NCBI GenBank assembly: GCA_041592335.1
Contig: JBFHQE010000012.1
Location: forward strand, 10,383 to 74,382
Source: Thiohalobacteraceae bacterium
GTDB taxonomy: Bacteria; Pseudomonadota; Gammaproteobacteria; Thiohalobacterales; Thiohalobacteraceae
DNA: 64,000 bases
Direction: 5' to 3'
Part shown: positions 8,888 through 18,183 of the stretch, one piece after another
Numbering within the stretch: position 1 is the stretch's first letter
Layout of the letters: each line of letters begins with the position of its first letter
The notes under the pieces: generated by a model
What the model was told of the DNA's origin: nothing
Seen by the model: only the letters and a program-made list of their open reading frames with translations
The model's database searches: none
Position numbers and translations under genes: made by a program

Positions 8888-10270
8888 ATGCAGCAACAAC
8901 TGGAATTCGACAGTGAACTGATCAACCGCTACGACACCAGCGGGCCGCGCTACACCTCATACCCAACCGCGGTACAGTTCAGCGAGCAGTTTGATGAAGC
9001 CGCTTACAAGCGCGTGGCGGAAGGCACCAATGCAACGGCAACGCCGCTGTCGCTGTATTTCCATATCCCGTTCTGCGATACCGTGTGTTTTTATTGCGCC
9101 TGCAACAAGATCATCACCAAGAATCGTAAACGGGCTTCTCCCTATTTAGACCATCTGCATACCGAAATTGAACGTCAGGGCGAGCTGTTCGATTCCAGCA
9201 GAACGGTTGATCAGCTGCATTGGGGTGGCGGTACGCCAACGTTCATCAGTCCGGAACAGATGCAGGCGCTGATGGATAAAACCCGTCAGCATTTTACTCT
9301 GCACGACGATGACAGTGGTGAATACTCTATCGAAATCGATCCGCGCGAGGCAGACGAAAACAAGATCGCCCTGTTGCGTCAGCTTGGCTTCAATCGCCTG
9401 AGCCTCGGGGTGCAGGATTTTAATCCGGAAGTACAGGTTGCGGTCAATCGTATCCAGAGTGAAGAACAAACGCAGCTGGTGCTGGATGCTGCGCGCAAGG
9501 AAGGCTTCAAGTCTATCAGTGTGGACCTGATTTACGGTCTGCCCCTGCAGAGTGTCGAGACCTTTGCGACCACGCTGGACAAGGTTATTGCCATGTCGCC
9601 GGATCGTCTGTCGGTATTCAATTACGCGCATCTGCCCGAGATGTTCAAGACCCAGCGGCAGATCAAGGCGGAGCAGATTCCCGCGCCGGAAGTAAAGTTG
9701 GCGATTCTGGAATACTCGATCAATCGCCTTACCGAGGCGGGCTATGTTTATATTGGTATGGACCACTTTGCGCGGCCGGACGATGAGATGGCAATTGCGC
9801 AGCGCGAAGGTACTCTTTATCGCAATTTCCAGGGCTATTCGACCCATGCCGATTGTGATCTGGTGGGGATGGGGGCAACCTCGATTGGCAAGGTCGGTCG
9901 ATCCTACAGCCAGAACCTCAAGGATCTTGAGGACTATTATGCGCGGCTGGATGAAGGGCGTTTGCCCGTGTTCCGGGGTATTGAATTATCGGACGACGAT
10001 GTGTTGCGACGCGAGGTAATCACGCAGTTAATCTGTCACTTCGAGCTCAACTTTAGCCGCATTGAGCAGCAGTTCGGGATTGTGTTTGCGGACTATTTCG
10101 CCCGGGAGCTGAAGGACCTGGTCAGGTTTGCTGACGATGGGCTGGTGGAGCTTGATGACAGCCGGATCGAAGTCCTGCCGCGTGGGCGACTGCTGATTCG
10201 GAATATCTGCATGCAGTTCGATCGCTATTTGCGCGAGGCCAAATCGCAGCGGTTTTCGAAAGTCATATAG
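8888..10270 (+). CDS. hemN: Oxygen-independent coproporphyrinogen III oxidase HemN (radical SAM)
   Basis: 460 aa. CDTVCFYCAC (CxxxCxxC) and a typical HemN N-terminus YDTSGPRYTSYPTA. Confidence 0.95.
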   Translation: MQQQLEFDSELINRYDTSGPRYTSYPTAVQFSEQFDEAAYKRVAEGTNATATPLSLYFHIPFCDTVCFYCACNKIITKNRKRASPYLDHLHTEIERQGELFDSSRTVDQLHWGGGTPTFISPEQMQALMDKTRQHFTLHDDDSGEYSIEIDPREADENKIALLRQLGFNRLSLGVQDFNPEVQVAVNRIQSEEQTQLVLDAARKEGFKSISVDLIYGLPLQSVETFATTLDKVIAMSPDRLSVFNYAHLPEMFKTQRQIKAEQIPAPEVKLAILEYSINRLTEAGYVYIGMDHFARPDDEMAIAQREGTLYRNFQGYSTHADCDLVGMGATSIGKVGRSYSQNLKDLEDYYARLDEGRLPVFRGIELSDDDVLRREVITQLICHFELNFSRIEQQFGIVFADYFARELKDLVRFADDGLVELDDSRIEVLPRGRLLIRNICMQFDRYLREAKSQRFSKVI

Positions 10271-10283
10271 TCAAGTTTATTTC

Positions 10284-10313
10284 CGTCATTCCGGCGAAGG
10301 CCGGGGTGACGAA
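10284..10313 (+). repeat. REP-like palindromic element, family A, copy 1
   Basis: CGTCATTCCGGCGAAGGCCGGGGTGACGAA. Identical 30-mer at 21753..21782 and an arm-swapped copy at 53913..53942. Confidence 0.85.
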
Positions 10314-10340
10314 CTGTTTTATCTTTATTGGTATTTCAAT

Positions 10341-10367
10341 AAAAAACCCGCCTGTCGGCGGGTTTTC
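10341..10367. terminator. Bidirectional rho-independent terminator between hemN and the 83-aa gene
   Basis: AAAAAACCCGCC-TGTC-GGCGGGTTTT. The U-tract is longer on the minus strand. Confidence 0.75.
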
Positions 10368-10395
10368 AGTCTGGTATGCACCATAGAAAGCGGGC

Positions 10396-10647
10396 TCAGC
10401 CCTCGCGGTGATAAATCACCCCTTCAGGAAACATCACTTCGTTACTGCTCAGCTGGTCCAGCGGGTAGCCATCATCGGCATACTGGGCAAGGCGGCTGAA
10501 AACGAAATGACCTTCGGGCGCATCAATCGACTGAAAGATCGGTTTCCCCATGAAGTTGCCAATTCTTGGGCCGAACTGCGAGTCTCGGTAGTTCACTTCT
10601 TCGTCTCCATAATGATCGATTGCAGTAAAGGTAAAATGCCCTGGCAT
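10396..10647 (-). CDS. Hypothetical protein (83 aa)
   Basis: Soluble-looking sequence followed on its own strand by the strong terminator at 10341..10367. No family recognised. Confidence 0.45.
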   Translation of the reverse strand: MPGHFTFTAIDHYGDEEVNYRDSQFGPRIGNFMGKPIFQSIDAPEGHFVFSRLAQYADDGYPLDQLSSNEVMFPEGVIYHREG

Positions 10648-10717
10648 TTAGAAGGGCTAACGGCGCATGATTACCAAGCTTTAGACGAAAAACCGTGAAG
10701 TGGTTACAATAGCGCGC

Positions 10718-11818
10718 ATGTCAGGAAACAGCTTCGGAAAATTGTTTGTCGTAACGACCTTTGGCGAGAGTCACGGGCCGGCGTTGGGTGCCATTGTGGA
10801 TGGTTGCCCGCCCGGTCTGGCCCTGTCGGAAGAGGATCTTCAGATCGATCTGGACCGGCGCAAGCCGGGCAAGAGCCGTCACACCACCCAGCGGCGCGAG
10901 GACGACAAGGTGCAGATCCTGTCGGGCGTGTTCGAGGGCAAGACCACGGGCTGTCCTATCGGGCTTATCATTCATAACACCGACCAGCGCTCCAAGGATT
11001 ACAGCGACATCATGGATCGCTTCCGTCCGGGCCACGCGGACTATACCTACCATCATAAGTACGGTATCCGCGATTATCGCGGCGGCGGACGTTCCTCGGC
11101 GCGCGAAACCGCGGTGCGAGTGGCCGCAGGTTCGATCGCCAAGAAGTACCTTAAGGACCGCTACGGTATCGAGATTCGGGGGTATCTGTCCGCGATTGGC
11201 GAGAATCAACCCCGGTCTTTCGACTGGTCGGTGGTGGAAACCAATCCTTTCTTCTGGCCCTGCGCCGAGCAGGTACCCGAGCTTGAGGCTTACATGGATG
11301 CCCTGCGCAAATCCGGGGACTCGGTGGGTGCGCGGGTGAACGTTGTCGCCACCGGGGTGCCGCCTGGCCTGGGCGAGCCCATTTTCGACCGGCTGGATGC
11401 CGATATCGCCCATGCCATCATGAGCATCAATGCCGTCAAGGGCGTGGAAATCGGTGCCGGGTTTGCCAGCGTCGAACAGAAGGGCACCGAGCATCGCGAT
11501 GAAATGACTCCGGCCGGTTTCACCAGCAACAACGCGGGTGGTGTCCTGGGGGGGATCTCGTCCGGCCAGGATATCCTGGTCAGTATGGCGTTGAAGCCAA
11601 CCTCCAGCCTGCGGTTGCCGGGCAAGACCATTAATCTCGATGGCGAAGTGGTGGATGTCATTACTACCGGTCGCCACGACCCCTGCGTGGGGATTCGGGC
11701 AACACCGATTGCCGAGGCCATGCTGGCCATGGTGTTGATGGATCACATGTTGCGTCACCGGGCCCAGAATATGGATGTCACTGTGGCAACTCCGGTCATT
11801 CCTGCGTCTGCTGACTGA
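10718..11818 (+). CDS. aroC: Chorismate synthase
   Basis: ORF 10700 trimmed to the ATG at 10718. [33 protein letters not shown] is the canonical AroC N-terminus. Confidence 0.95.
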   Translation: MSGNSFGKLFVVTTFGESHGPALGAIVDGCPPGLALSEEDLQIDLDRRKPGKSRHTTQRREDDKVQILSGVFEGKTTGCPIGLIIHNTDQRSKDYSDIMDRFRPGHADYTYHHKYGIRDYRGGGRSSARETAVRVAAGSIAKKYLKDRYGIEIRGYLSAIGENQPRSFDWSVVETNPFFWPCAEQVPELEAYMDALRKSGDSVGARVNVVATGVPPGLGEPIFDRLDADIAHAIMSINAVKGVEIGAGFASVEQKGTEHRDEMTPAGFTSNNAGGVLGGISSGQDILVSMALKPTSSLRLPGKTINLDGEVVDVITTGRHDPCVGIRATPIAEAMLAMVLMDHMLRHRAQNMDVTVATPVIPASAD

Positions 11819-11905
11819 TGCGGCATTGCTGCGCTCGCTTTCAAGGCAAAGAACAACAGACCGTTAATAAATACAATATCTTTCAACTGGCGAGGGACGA
11901 TTCAG

Positions 11906-12286
11906 GTGAGTGATTTGCAAAAGATTCTCTACGTGGAGGACGAGCCGGATATTCAGGCGGTTGCTCGCCTGGCACTGGAAAATGTGGGTGGCTTTACCGT
12001 GCACATCTGCAGCTCCGGCCAGGAAGCACTGGACTCGATCATGGACTTCGATCCCGACCTGGTGTTGCTGGATGTCATGATGCCCGGCATGGACGGGCCG
12101 ACCACGCTCAAGGAGTTTCAAAAGACCGAGGCCAGGGTCAAACCGGTGATCTTTATGACGGCCAAGGTTCAGCCCCAGGAAGTTGCCGAATACATGGACA
12201 TGGGCGCTATTGGCGTTATCCCCAAGCCCTTTGACCCGATTCAGCTGTCAACGCAGGTCAGGGAGATCTGGTCGCAACATGGTTGA
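11906..12286 (+). CDS. Single-domain response regulator (CheY-like receiver)
   Basis: 126 aa. DE pair (YVEDEPD), phospho-acceptor D in LLDVMMPGMDG, plus the T and K (FMTAK) positions. GTG start with GAGGGA SD. Confidence 0.85.
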   Translation: MSDLQKILYVEDEPDIQAVARLALENVGGFTVHICSSGQEALDSIMDFDPDLVLLDVMMPGMDGPTTLKEFQKTEARVKPVIFMTAKVQPQEVAEYMDMGAIGVIPKPFDPIQLSTQVREIWSQHG

Positions 12287-12635
12287 TATGGAGGCACTGG
12301 AAACCCAGCTCGCGACTATCCGCGCGTCTTTCATTGCCGAGTTACCCTTGCGTGAACAGCGCATTGCCGATGCCTGGCGGGCCCTTGCCGATACCGAATG
12401 GGCACAGGATGCCTGTAAAGCCTTTTACCGTGAGGTGCACAGCCTTTCCGGCGCGGGCGCGACTTTCGGCTGCGATGAGTTAAGCAGCCGCGCCAGGGCC
12501 CTGGAGCACAGATTTCAATCCATTGTCGATGACCACAGTCCGGCCACCGAGGCTGAACAGGTGGAATTGAACACTTGCTATGCGCAGCTTCTAAGCGAAA
12601 TCCACCAGACAACTGACGGCAGTGCGAAAGGTTAG
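12279..12635 (+). CDS. Histidine phosphotransfer (Hpt) domain protein
   Basis: ORF 12183 trimmed to the ATG at 12279, which overlaps the receiver stop by 8 nt. EVHSLSGAGATFG fits the HxxKG Hpt signature. Confidence 0.6.
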   Translation: MVDMEALETQLATIRASFIAELPLREQRIADAWRALADTEWAQDACKAFYREVHSLSGAGATFGCDELSSRARALEHRFQSIVDDHSPATEAEQVELNTCYAQLLSEIHQTTDGSAKG

Positions 12636-12711
12636 ATCCATTGAACCCGATTCGTTTTAGCCAGCGGCTAAACGTATAATCCCCGTTCATTTCCAATACT
12701 GATTTTCCGCT

Positions 12712-13869
12712 ATGGCTGAGACAACGCCTTACTGGCGTTTATCCAATTTTTATCTCTGGTACTTTGCGTCGCTGGGTGCGCTAGTTCCTTATTGGGGGCT
12801 GTACCTCAAGGATAAGGGATTCGATGCGGCCGCAATCGGCGAATTGATGGCGGTGTTGATGGCGACCAAACTGGTTGCGCCCAACATCTGGGGATGGATC
12901 GCGGATCATACCGGGCAGGGAATGCGCATCATCCGTATCGCCTCTTTACTGTCGCTGTTGGTCTTTGTCGGTGTGTTTGTGTCGGATACCTACTGGTGGC
13001 TGGTAGCGGTGATGGCCGGGTTCAGCTTTTTCTGGAATGCCTCCCTGCCGCAATTCGAAGCCATAACCCTGTCGCACCTGAAGGACGATACCCATCGCTA
13101 CAGCACCATCCGCTTATGGGGGTCGATTGGTTTTATCCTCACGGTTGCGGGGTTGGGTCTGCTGCTGGATTACACCGGCGTAACCATTTTGCCGCAAATC
13201 CTGATGGTCTTGTTTCTGCTGATCTGGTTTTCCAGCCTGATCGTGCAGGATGTGGGTCCACGGGTTCATCCCAATCATCATCAATCGATCCACACCGTGC
13301 TTAAGCAAAAAGCCGTCATTGCTTTATTGGTGGTCTGCTTCCTGATGCAGGCCAGTCACGGCCCTTATTACACTTTCTATACGCTGTACATGGAAGATTA
13401 TGGCTTCACTCGCAGCACTATCGGTCAACTGTGGGCGCTGGGTGTGATTGCCGAAATCGGCGTGTTCCTGGTGATGCACCGCTGGTTGCCGCGTTTTGGC
13501 GCGCGACAGTTGTTAATTGTCAGCCTGATCCTGACGACATTGCGCTGGCTGTTGATAGCTTCATTGCCTGAGCAGATCGTCTGGGTGCTGTTTGCCCAGC
13601 TGCTGCATGCCGCCAGTTTTGGTATTTACCATGCCGTGGCGATACATCTGATCCACCGTTTCTTTGTCGGCAAGCATCAGGGCAGGGGGCAGGCGCTCTA
13701 TAGCAGTCTGAGCTTTGGGGCGGGTGGCGCGGTGGGCAGTTTATATGCGGGGTATGTCTGGTCCGGCATCAATCCCTCGGCCAGTTTTCTGGTAGCGGCC
13801 GGTTTGAGTGCCGTGGCCGCGATAATCGCCTGGTACTTTATTCCCCGTCATGCGGGCCATCCTGGCTAA
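12712..13869 (+). CDS. MFS transporter (HcaT/MFS_1-like family)
   Basis: 385 aa, about 12 TM segments. N-terminus YWRLSNFYLWYFASLGALVPYWGLYLKDKGF is typical of this MFS subfamily. Confidence 0.75.
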   Translation: MAETTPYWRLSNFYLWYFASLGALVPYWGLYLKDKGFDAAAIGELMAVLMATKLVAPNIWGWIADHTGQGMRIIRIASLLSLLVFVGVFVSDTYWWLVAVMAGFSFFWNASLPQFEAITLSHLKDDTHRYSTIRLWGSIGFILTVAGLGLLLDYTGVTILPQILMVLFLLIWFSSLIVQDVGPRVHPNHHQSIHTVLKQKAVIALLVVCFLMQASHGPYYTFYTLYMEDYGFTRSTIGQLWALGVIAEIGVFLVMHRWLPRFGARQLLIVSLILTTLRWLLIASLPEQIVWVLFAQLLHAASFGIYHAVAIHLIHRFFVGKHQGRGQALYSSLSFGAGGAVGSLYAGYVWSGINPSASFLVAAGLSAVAAIIAWYFIPRHAGHPG

Positions 13870-14735
13870 ATCGACGTTTGCAGCGCCTCAATGAGTTGAT
13901 TGGCGGCATTGGAAAGTGTGCGGTTGTTATGGCGCACGACACCCAGGGTACGGGCAACTTTAAAACCGGGAACGCGAAGTGCGTGCAACTGCTCATCGAC
14001 CATGCTGAGCGGTAATATGCTCCAGCCCAGACCCACCGACACCATCATCTTGATGGTCTCAAGGTAGTTTGTCGATAAACCGGTAAGCAGGCTGAGGCCA
14101 TAAGGCGCCAGCGCCTGCTCGGCGAGTTGCCGCGTGTAGGTGCCGGTTGAAGGCAGTATTGCGGGAAAGTCGGCCAGTTGCTCCAGTCGCACCTGTTTCC
14201 TGTTGGCCAGTGGATGATCGACGCCGATGACAATCGACAGCGGGTCCGGCCAGATCGGGATTAATTCAAGATGGTCCGATGGCGTCGGTGGCAGGGTAAC
14301 GATAGCCAGTTCCAGATCGCCATGTTCCACCGCGGCGCAGGCTGCTTCCGAATCCATGAACTGCAAGTCCAGTTCGACCTCCGGGTATTGCTGCACGAAG
14401 TTGCGCAGCACCGGCGGTAATCGATGCAGGCCGATGTGATGGCTGGTACCGACACTGAGCTTGCCTTTGACCTGATCGGTCAGGTTATCCAGCAGGCGAC
14501 GACTATCTTCCAGTTCGTTCAGGATACGTTGCGCGCGCGGCATCAAAGCCTTGCCGGCTTCGGTGAGATGCGCGTGTCGTCCAATCCGGTCGAAGAGTTT
14601 TGCCTTGAGATTGGCTTCCAGTGCGGCAATGCGCTTACTGACGGCGGGCTGGGTCAGATGCAGTTGTTCGGCGGCCAGTGAGAAAGAATCGTATTCGGCG
14701 ACCGCGATGAAGGTTCTCAGGTTTTCAGTGTCCAT
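13866..14735 (-). CDS. LysR-family transcriptional regulator, divergent from leuC
   Basis: 289 aa. HTH FSLAAEQLHLTQPAVSKRIAALE. Confidence 0.9.
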   Translation of the reverse strand: MDTENLRTFIAVAEYDSFSLAAEQLHLTQPAVSKRIAALEANLKAKLFDRIGRHAHLTEAGKALMPRAQRILNELEDSRRLLDNLTDQVKGKLSVGTSHHIGLHRLPPVLRNFVQQYPEVELDLQFMDSEAACAAVEHGDLELAIVTLPPTPSDHLELIPIWPDPLSIVIGVDHPLANRKQVRLEQLADFPAILPSTGTYTRQLAEQALAPYGLSLLTGLSTNYLETIKMMVSVGLGWSILPLSMVDEQLHALRVPGFKVARTLGVVRHNNRTLSNAANQLIEALQTSI

Positions 14736-14750
14736 AGCGCCGATTAAAAC

Positions 14751-14765
14751 ATTCCTCTATGGAAT
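14751..14765. promoter_or_regulatory. Candidate LysR-type (T-N11-A) operator in the lysR/leuC divergent region
   Basis: Perfect dyad ATTCC-TCTAT-GGAAT, 16 nt from the lysR start and 82 nt upstream of the leuC ATG. Confidence 0.45.
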
Positions 14766-14846
14766 AGTAAATATGAAAATATTGAATTTGAGTTATTAAT
14801 AGGGCGGACTTAGAATCGCCTGCAATATGCAAAATTGAGGTGATTC

Positions 14847-16244
14847 ATGGCGGGAAAAACGCTTTACGACAAGGTCTGGGACACGCACGTAGTGCGTACC
14901 GATGAGGATGGCACCAGCCTGCTGTATATCGATCGGCACCTGGTCCACGAAGTGACCTCGCCGCAGGCGTTTGAAGGGCTGCGGATGGCCGGGCGCAAGC
15001 CTTGGCGTACCAGTTCCGTGTTGGCGGTGCCGGATCACAACGTACCGACCACGGATCGTTCGGTGGGTATCGAGGATCCTATCTCGCGCACCCAGGTCGA
15101 GACGCTGGACAACAACTGCGCGGAATTCGGCATTACCGAATTTCCCATGAACGATATCCGCCAGGGCATCGTGCATGTTATCGGGCCGGAGCAGGGCGCG
15201 ACCCTGCCGGGTATGACCGTGGTGTGTGGCGATTCGCATACCTCGACGCATGGCGCTTTCGGCGCGCTGGCATTCGGTATCGGTACGTCTGAAGTCGAGC
15301 ATGTGCTGGCGACACAAACCCTTATTCAAAAGAAAGCCAAAAACATGCTGGTGCGCGTCGATGGTCAGTTGAAGCCGGGCGTAACGGCAAAAGATGTCGT
15401 GCTGGCCATTATCGGCAAGATCGGCACGGCGGGCGGAACCGGTTATACCATTGAGTTCGGGGGCGAAGTGATGCGTTCCCTGAGCATGGAAGGCCGCATG
15501 ACGGTCTGCAACATGGCGATCGAGGCCGGTGCGCGCGCGGGCATGGTTGCCGTCGACGATACAACGATTGAATACGTGAAGAACCGACCATTCGGTCCAT
15601 CCGGCGATGTTCTGGAAAAAGCCATTGCGGCATGGCGAGATCTGAAATCCGATGATGATGCTGTGTTCGATACCACGGTGGTGATCGATGGCAGCGCGCT
15701 GGTGCCCAATGTGACCTGGGGAACTTCGCCGGAAATGGTGGTCGGTATCGATGCCAGGGTACCGAATCCCGCTGACGAACAAGATGCGGTCAAGCGCAAC
15801 GGTATGGAAAAGGCGCTGAAGTACATGGGGCTGGAACCCGGTACTCCGATCAGCGATATCGCGGTGGACAAGGTGTTTATCGGCTCCTGCACCAATTCAC
15901 GAATTGAAGATTTGCGTGCGGCGGCAGCGGTGATCAAGGGCGGCAAGGTGGCTGGCAATGTGAAACAGGCATTGGTGGTGCCGGGTTCTGGCCTGGTAAA
16001 GCAACAGGCTGAACGGGAAGGGCTGGATAAGCTCTTTATCGAAGCCGGGTTTGAATGGCGCGAACCGGGATGCTCCATGTGTCTGGCCATGAATGCGGAT
16101 CGGCTGGAGCCGGGTGAACGTTGTGCGTCGACGTCCAATCGTAATTTCGAAGGACGCCAGGGGCAGGGCGGACGTACTCACCTGGTGAGTCCTGCGATGG
16201 CGGCTGCGGCTGCGATTGCGGGGCATTTTGTAGATGTAAGTTAA
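14847..16244 (+). CDS. leuC: 3-isopropylmalate dehydratase large subunit
   Basis: 465 aa. [16 protein letters not shown]... and aconitase-family Cys ligands ([15 protein letters not shown]). Confidence 0.96.
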   Translation: MAGKTLYDKVWDTHVVRTDEDGTSLLYIDRHLVHEVTSPQAFEGLRMAGRKPWRTSSVLAVPDHNVPTTDRSVGIEDPISRTQVETLDNNCAEFGITEFPMNDIRQGIVHVIGPEQGATLPGMTVVCGDSHTSTHGAFGALAFGIGTSEVEHVLATQTLIQKKAKNMLVRVDGQLKPGVTAKDVVLAIIGKIGTAGGTGYTIEFGGEVMRSLSMEGRMTVCNMAIEAGARAGMVAVDDTTIEYVKNRPFGPSGDVLEKAIAAWRDLKSDDDAVFDTTVVIDGSALVPNVTWGTSPEMVVGIDARVPNPADEQDAVKRNGMEKALKYMGLEPGTPISDIAVDKVFIGSCTNSRIEDLRAAAAVIKGGKVAGNVKQALVVPGSGLVKQQAEREGLDKLFIEAGFEWREPGCSMCLAMNADRLEPGERCASTSNRNFEGRQGQGGRTHLVSPAMAAAAAIAGHFVDVS

Positions 16245-16254
16245 TACACTGTCT

Positions 16255-16331
16255 TTGCGAGGAGCGTTAGCGACGTGGCAATCTCCCAACGTGTCCTGCA
16301 TCTTTCGGAGATTGCCACGCTTCGCTCGCAA
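16255..16331. repeat. REP-like long imperfect palindrome, family C, in the leuC-leuD spacer
   Basis: GTGGCAATCTCC (16275..16286) and GGAGATTGCCAC (16307..16318) form a perfect 12-bp inverted repeat with a 20-nt loop. Outer arms are TTGCGAG (16255) and CTCGCAA (16325). Confidence 0.7.
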
Positions 16332-16352
16332 TGACGAGACGTAGGAAGAGAT

Positions 16353-16991
16353 ATGGAAAAATTCACAACATTAACCGCCATCGTGGCCCCGCTGGATCGT
16401 CCCAACGTGGATACGGATGCGATTATCCCTAAGCAGTTTCTGAAGTCGATCAAGCGCAGCGGCTTTGGTCCCAACTTATTCGATGAATGGCGTTATCTCG
16501 ATCATGGCGAGCCGGACGCGGATAACAGCGGCCGCCCGCTTAACCCGGATTTTGTGTTGAACCAGGAGCGTTATAAAGGTGCGCGTATTTTGCTGGGGCG
16601 GGAGAACTTCGGTTGTGGTTCATCGCGCGAACATGCGGTATGGGCGCTGGAGGATTTCGGTTTCCGGGTCGTGATCGCACCAAGCTTTGCGGATATCTTT
16701 TTTAATAACTGTTTCAAGAATGGTGTGTTGCCGATTCCCTTGACGGCCAGCCAGGTGGACAAATTATTTAAAGAGGTTGAAGCGAGTGAAGGCTATCAAC
16801 TGACGGTCGATCTCGCTGCGCAGACCATTGCAACACCGGGCGGTGAATCGATTTCCTTTGAAGTGGATGCGTTCCGCAAGCATTGTTTGCTGGAAGGGCT
16901 GGATGATATCGGGCTGACCTTGCAGCATGCGGATGATATTCGCGCGTATGAAGAACGCCGTCGTAACGAGGCGCCCTGGTTGTTCAGTTAA
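16353..16991 (+). CDS. leuD: 3-isopropylmalate dehydratase small subunit
   Basis: 212 aa. [18 protein letters not shown] and GCGSSREHA motifs. Confidence 0.96.
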   Translation: MEKFTTLTAIVAPLDRPNVDTDAIIPKQFLKSIKRSGFGPNLFDEWRYLDHGEPDADNSGRPLNPDFVLNQERYKGARILLGRENFGCGSSREHAVWALEDFGFRVVIAPSFADIFFNNCFKNGVLPIPLTASQVDKLFKEVEASEGYQLTVDLAAQTIATPGGESISFEVDAFRKHCLLEGLDDIGLTLQHADDIRAYEERRRNEAPWLFS

Positions 16992-17002
16992 ATGATTCAT
17001 CT

Positions 17003-17053
17003 GTAGGAGCGAGCTTGCTCGCGAACTGTTCGCGGCCAAGGCCGCTCCTACAA
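17003..17053. repeat. REP-like element, family B (two inverted 23-bp units) in the leuD-leuB spacer
   Basis: GTAGGAGCGAGCTTGCTCGCGAA (17004..17026) faces the inverted unit TTCGCGGCCAAGGCCGCTCCTAC (17030..17052). A related single unit is at 26251..26273. Confidence 0.8.
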
Positions 17054-17078
17054 AAAAACAGGAATTAAAGGAAGTAGC

Positions 17079-18158
17079 ATGACAAAGAAAATTCTGGTTC
17101 TCCCCGGCGACGGTATCGGCCCCGAGATTGTTGAAGAAGCCGTCAAGGTGCTGGATTACCTTAAAGCGGAATGTGGCCTCGACATTGAAACCGAAAACGG
17201 TCTGGTCGGGGGTGCTGCCTACGATGAAACCGGTTCGCCGTTACCGGAAGAAACGCTGTCCAAAGCCAAAGCGGCAGATGCCATTTTGTTGGGCGCGGTC
17301 GGTGGACCCAAATGGGAACCACTGGAAATTGCGGTGCGTCCCGAGAAGGGTTTGCTGGGGCTGCGCGCCGGCCTGAACCTGTTTGCCAATCTGCGTCCGG
17401 CGATTCTCTATCCGCAACTGGCGGATGCCTCATCGTTGAAGCCGGATGTGGTGGCCGGGCTGGATATCATGATTGTGCGCGAACTGACCGGCGGGATTTA
17501 TTTCGGCCAGCCGCGCGGTGTGCGTGAGCTGGATAATGGCGAGAAGCAGGGTTTTAATACGCTGGTTTACAGCGAGTCCGAGATTCGCCGTATCGGCAAG
17601 GTCGCGTTTGAGATTGCCGGCAAGCGTGGCAAGAAGGTGTGCTCGATCGACAAGGCGAATGTGCTGGAGTGCACCGAGCTGTGGCGCCAGGTGATGATCG
17701 AGGTGGCGAAAGATTATCCGGATATCGAGCTAAGCCATATGTATGTTGATAATGCATCCATGCAGCTGGTGCGCTGGCCGAAGCAGTTCGATGTAATGGT
17801 AACCACCAACATGTTCGGCGACATTCTGTCGGATGAAGCGGCGATGCTGACTGGTTCGATTGGCATGCTGCCCTCGGCTTCTTTGAATGAATCCGGTCAG
17901 GGAATGTACGAGCCTATCCACGGTTCCGCGCCGGATATCGCCGGCAAGGGCGTGGCCAATCCGCTGGCAACCATCCTGTCAGTGTCCATGATGCTGCGTT
18001 ACAGCCTGGATCAGGGCGATCTCGCGGACCGTATTGAAAAGGCGGTGGGCGAAGTGCTGGATCAGGGGCTGCGCACTCCGGACATCATGCAGGACGGCAT
18101 GCGCGAAGTCGGCACCGCCGAGATGGGCGATGCGGTGGTTGCCGCGCTCAAGGCTTAA
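17079..18158 (+). CDS. leuB: 3-isopropylmalate dehydrogenase
   Basis: 359 aa. [10 protein letters not shown] and [25 protein letters not shown] motifs. Confidence 0.96.
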   Translation: MTKKILVLPGDGIGPEIVEEAVKVLDYLKAECGLDIETENGLVGGAAYDETGSPLPEETLSKAKAADAILLGAVGGPKWEPLEIAVRPEKGLLGLRAGLNLFANLRPAILYPQLADASSLKPDVVAGLDIMIVRELTGGIYFGQPRGVRELDNGEKQGFNTLVYSESEIRRIGKVAFEIAGKRGKKVCSIDKANVLECTELWRQVMIEVAKDYPDIELSHMYVDNASMQLVRWPKQFDVMVTTNMFGDILSDEAAMLTGSIGMLPSASLNESGQGMYEPIHGSAPDIAGKGVANPLATILSVSMMLRYSLDQGDLADRIEKAVGEVLDQGLRTPDIMQDGMREVGTAEMGDAVVAALKA

Positions 18159-18183
18159 CAGAATTCATATCGAGGTAAGAACA

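Noticed and set aside
12640-12665. Small hairpin TTAGCC-AGC-GGCTAA after the Hpt gene
   Set aside because: It has a 6-bp stem with a 3-nt loop and no U-tract. That is too weak to call as a terminator or operator.
14796-15782. 328-aa minus-strand ORF antisense to leuC. Similar long antisense ORFs: 4796..5662 vs suhB, 10721..11758 vs aroC, 23509..24330 vs trpB, 21726..22388 vs truA, 40548..41150 vs the GGDEF-EAL gene, and 56344..57833 vs the SBP and permease genes.
   Set aside because: All overlap confidently identified genes on the other strand. All have His/Arg/Gly-rich shadow-frame composition and lack domains or start signals.
18034-18183. N-terminal extensions in the ORF track. Affected ORFs: asd from 18034, pilW from 3014, Hpt from 12183, GGDEF-EAL from 39765, folD from 43226, tig from 43832, hupB from 50065, and fabI from 54791.
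   Set aside because: Each extension overlaps the upstream gene or a tRNA, or adds non-homologous residues before a canonical family N-terminus. Internal starts were chosen instead.
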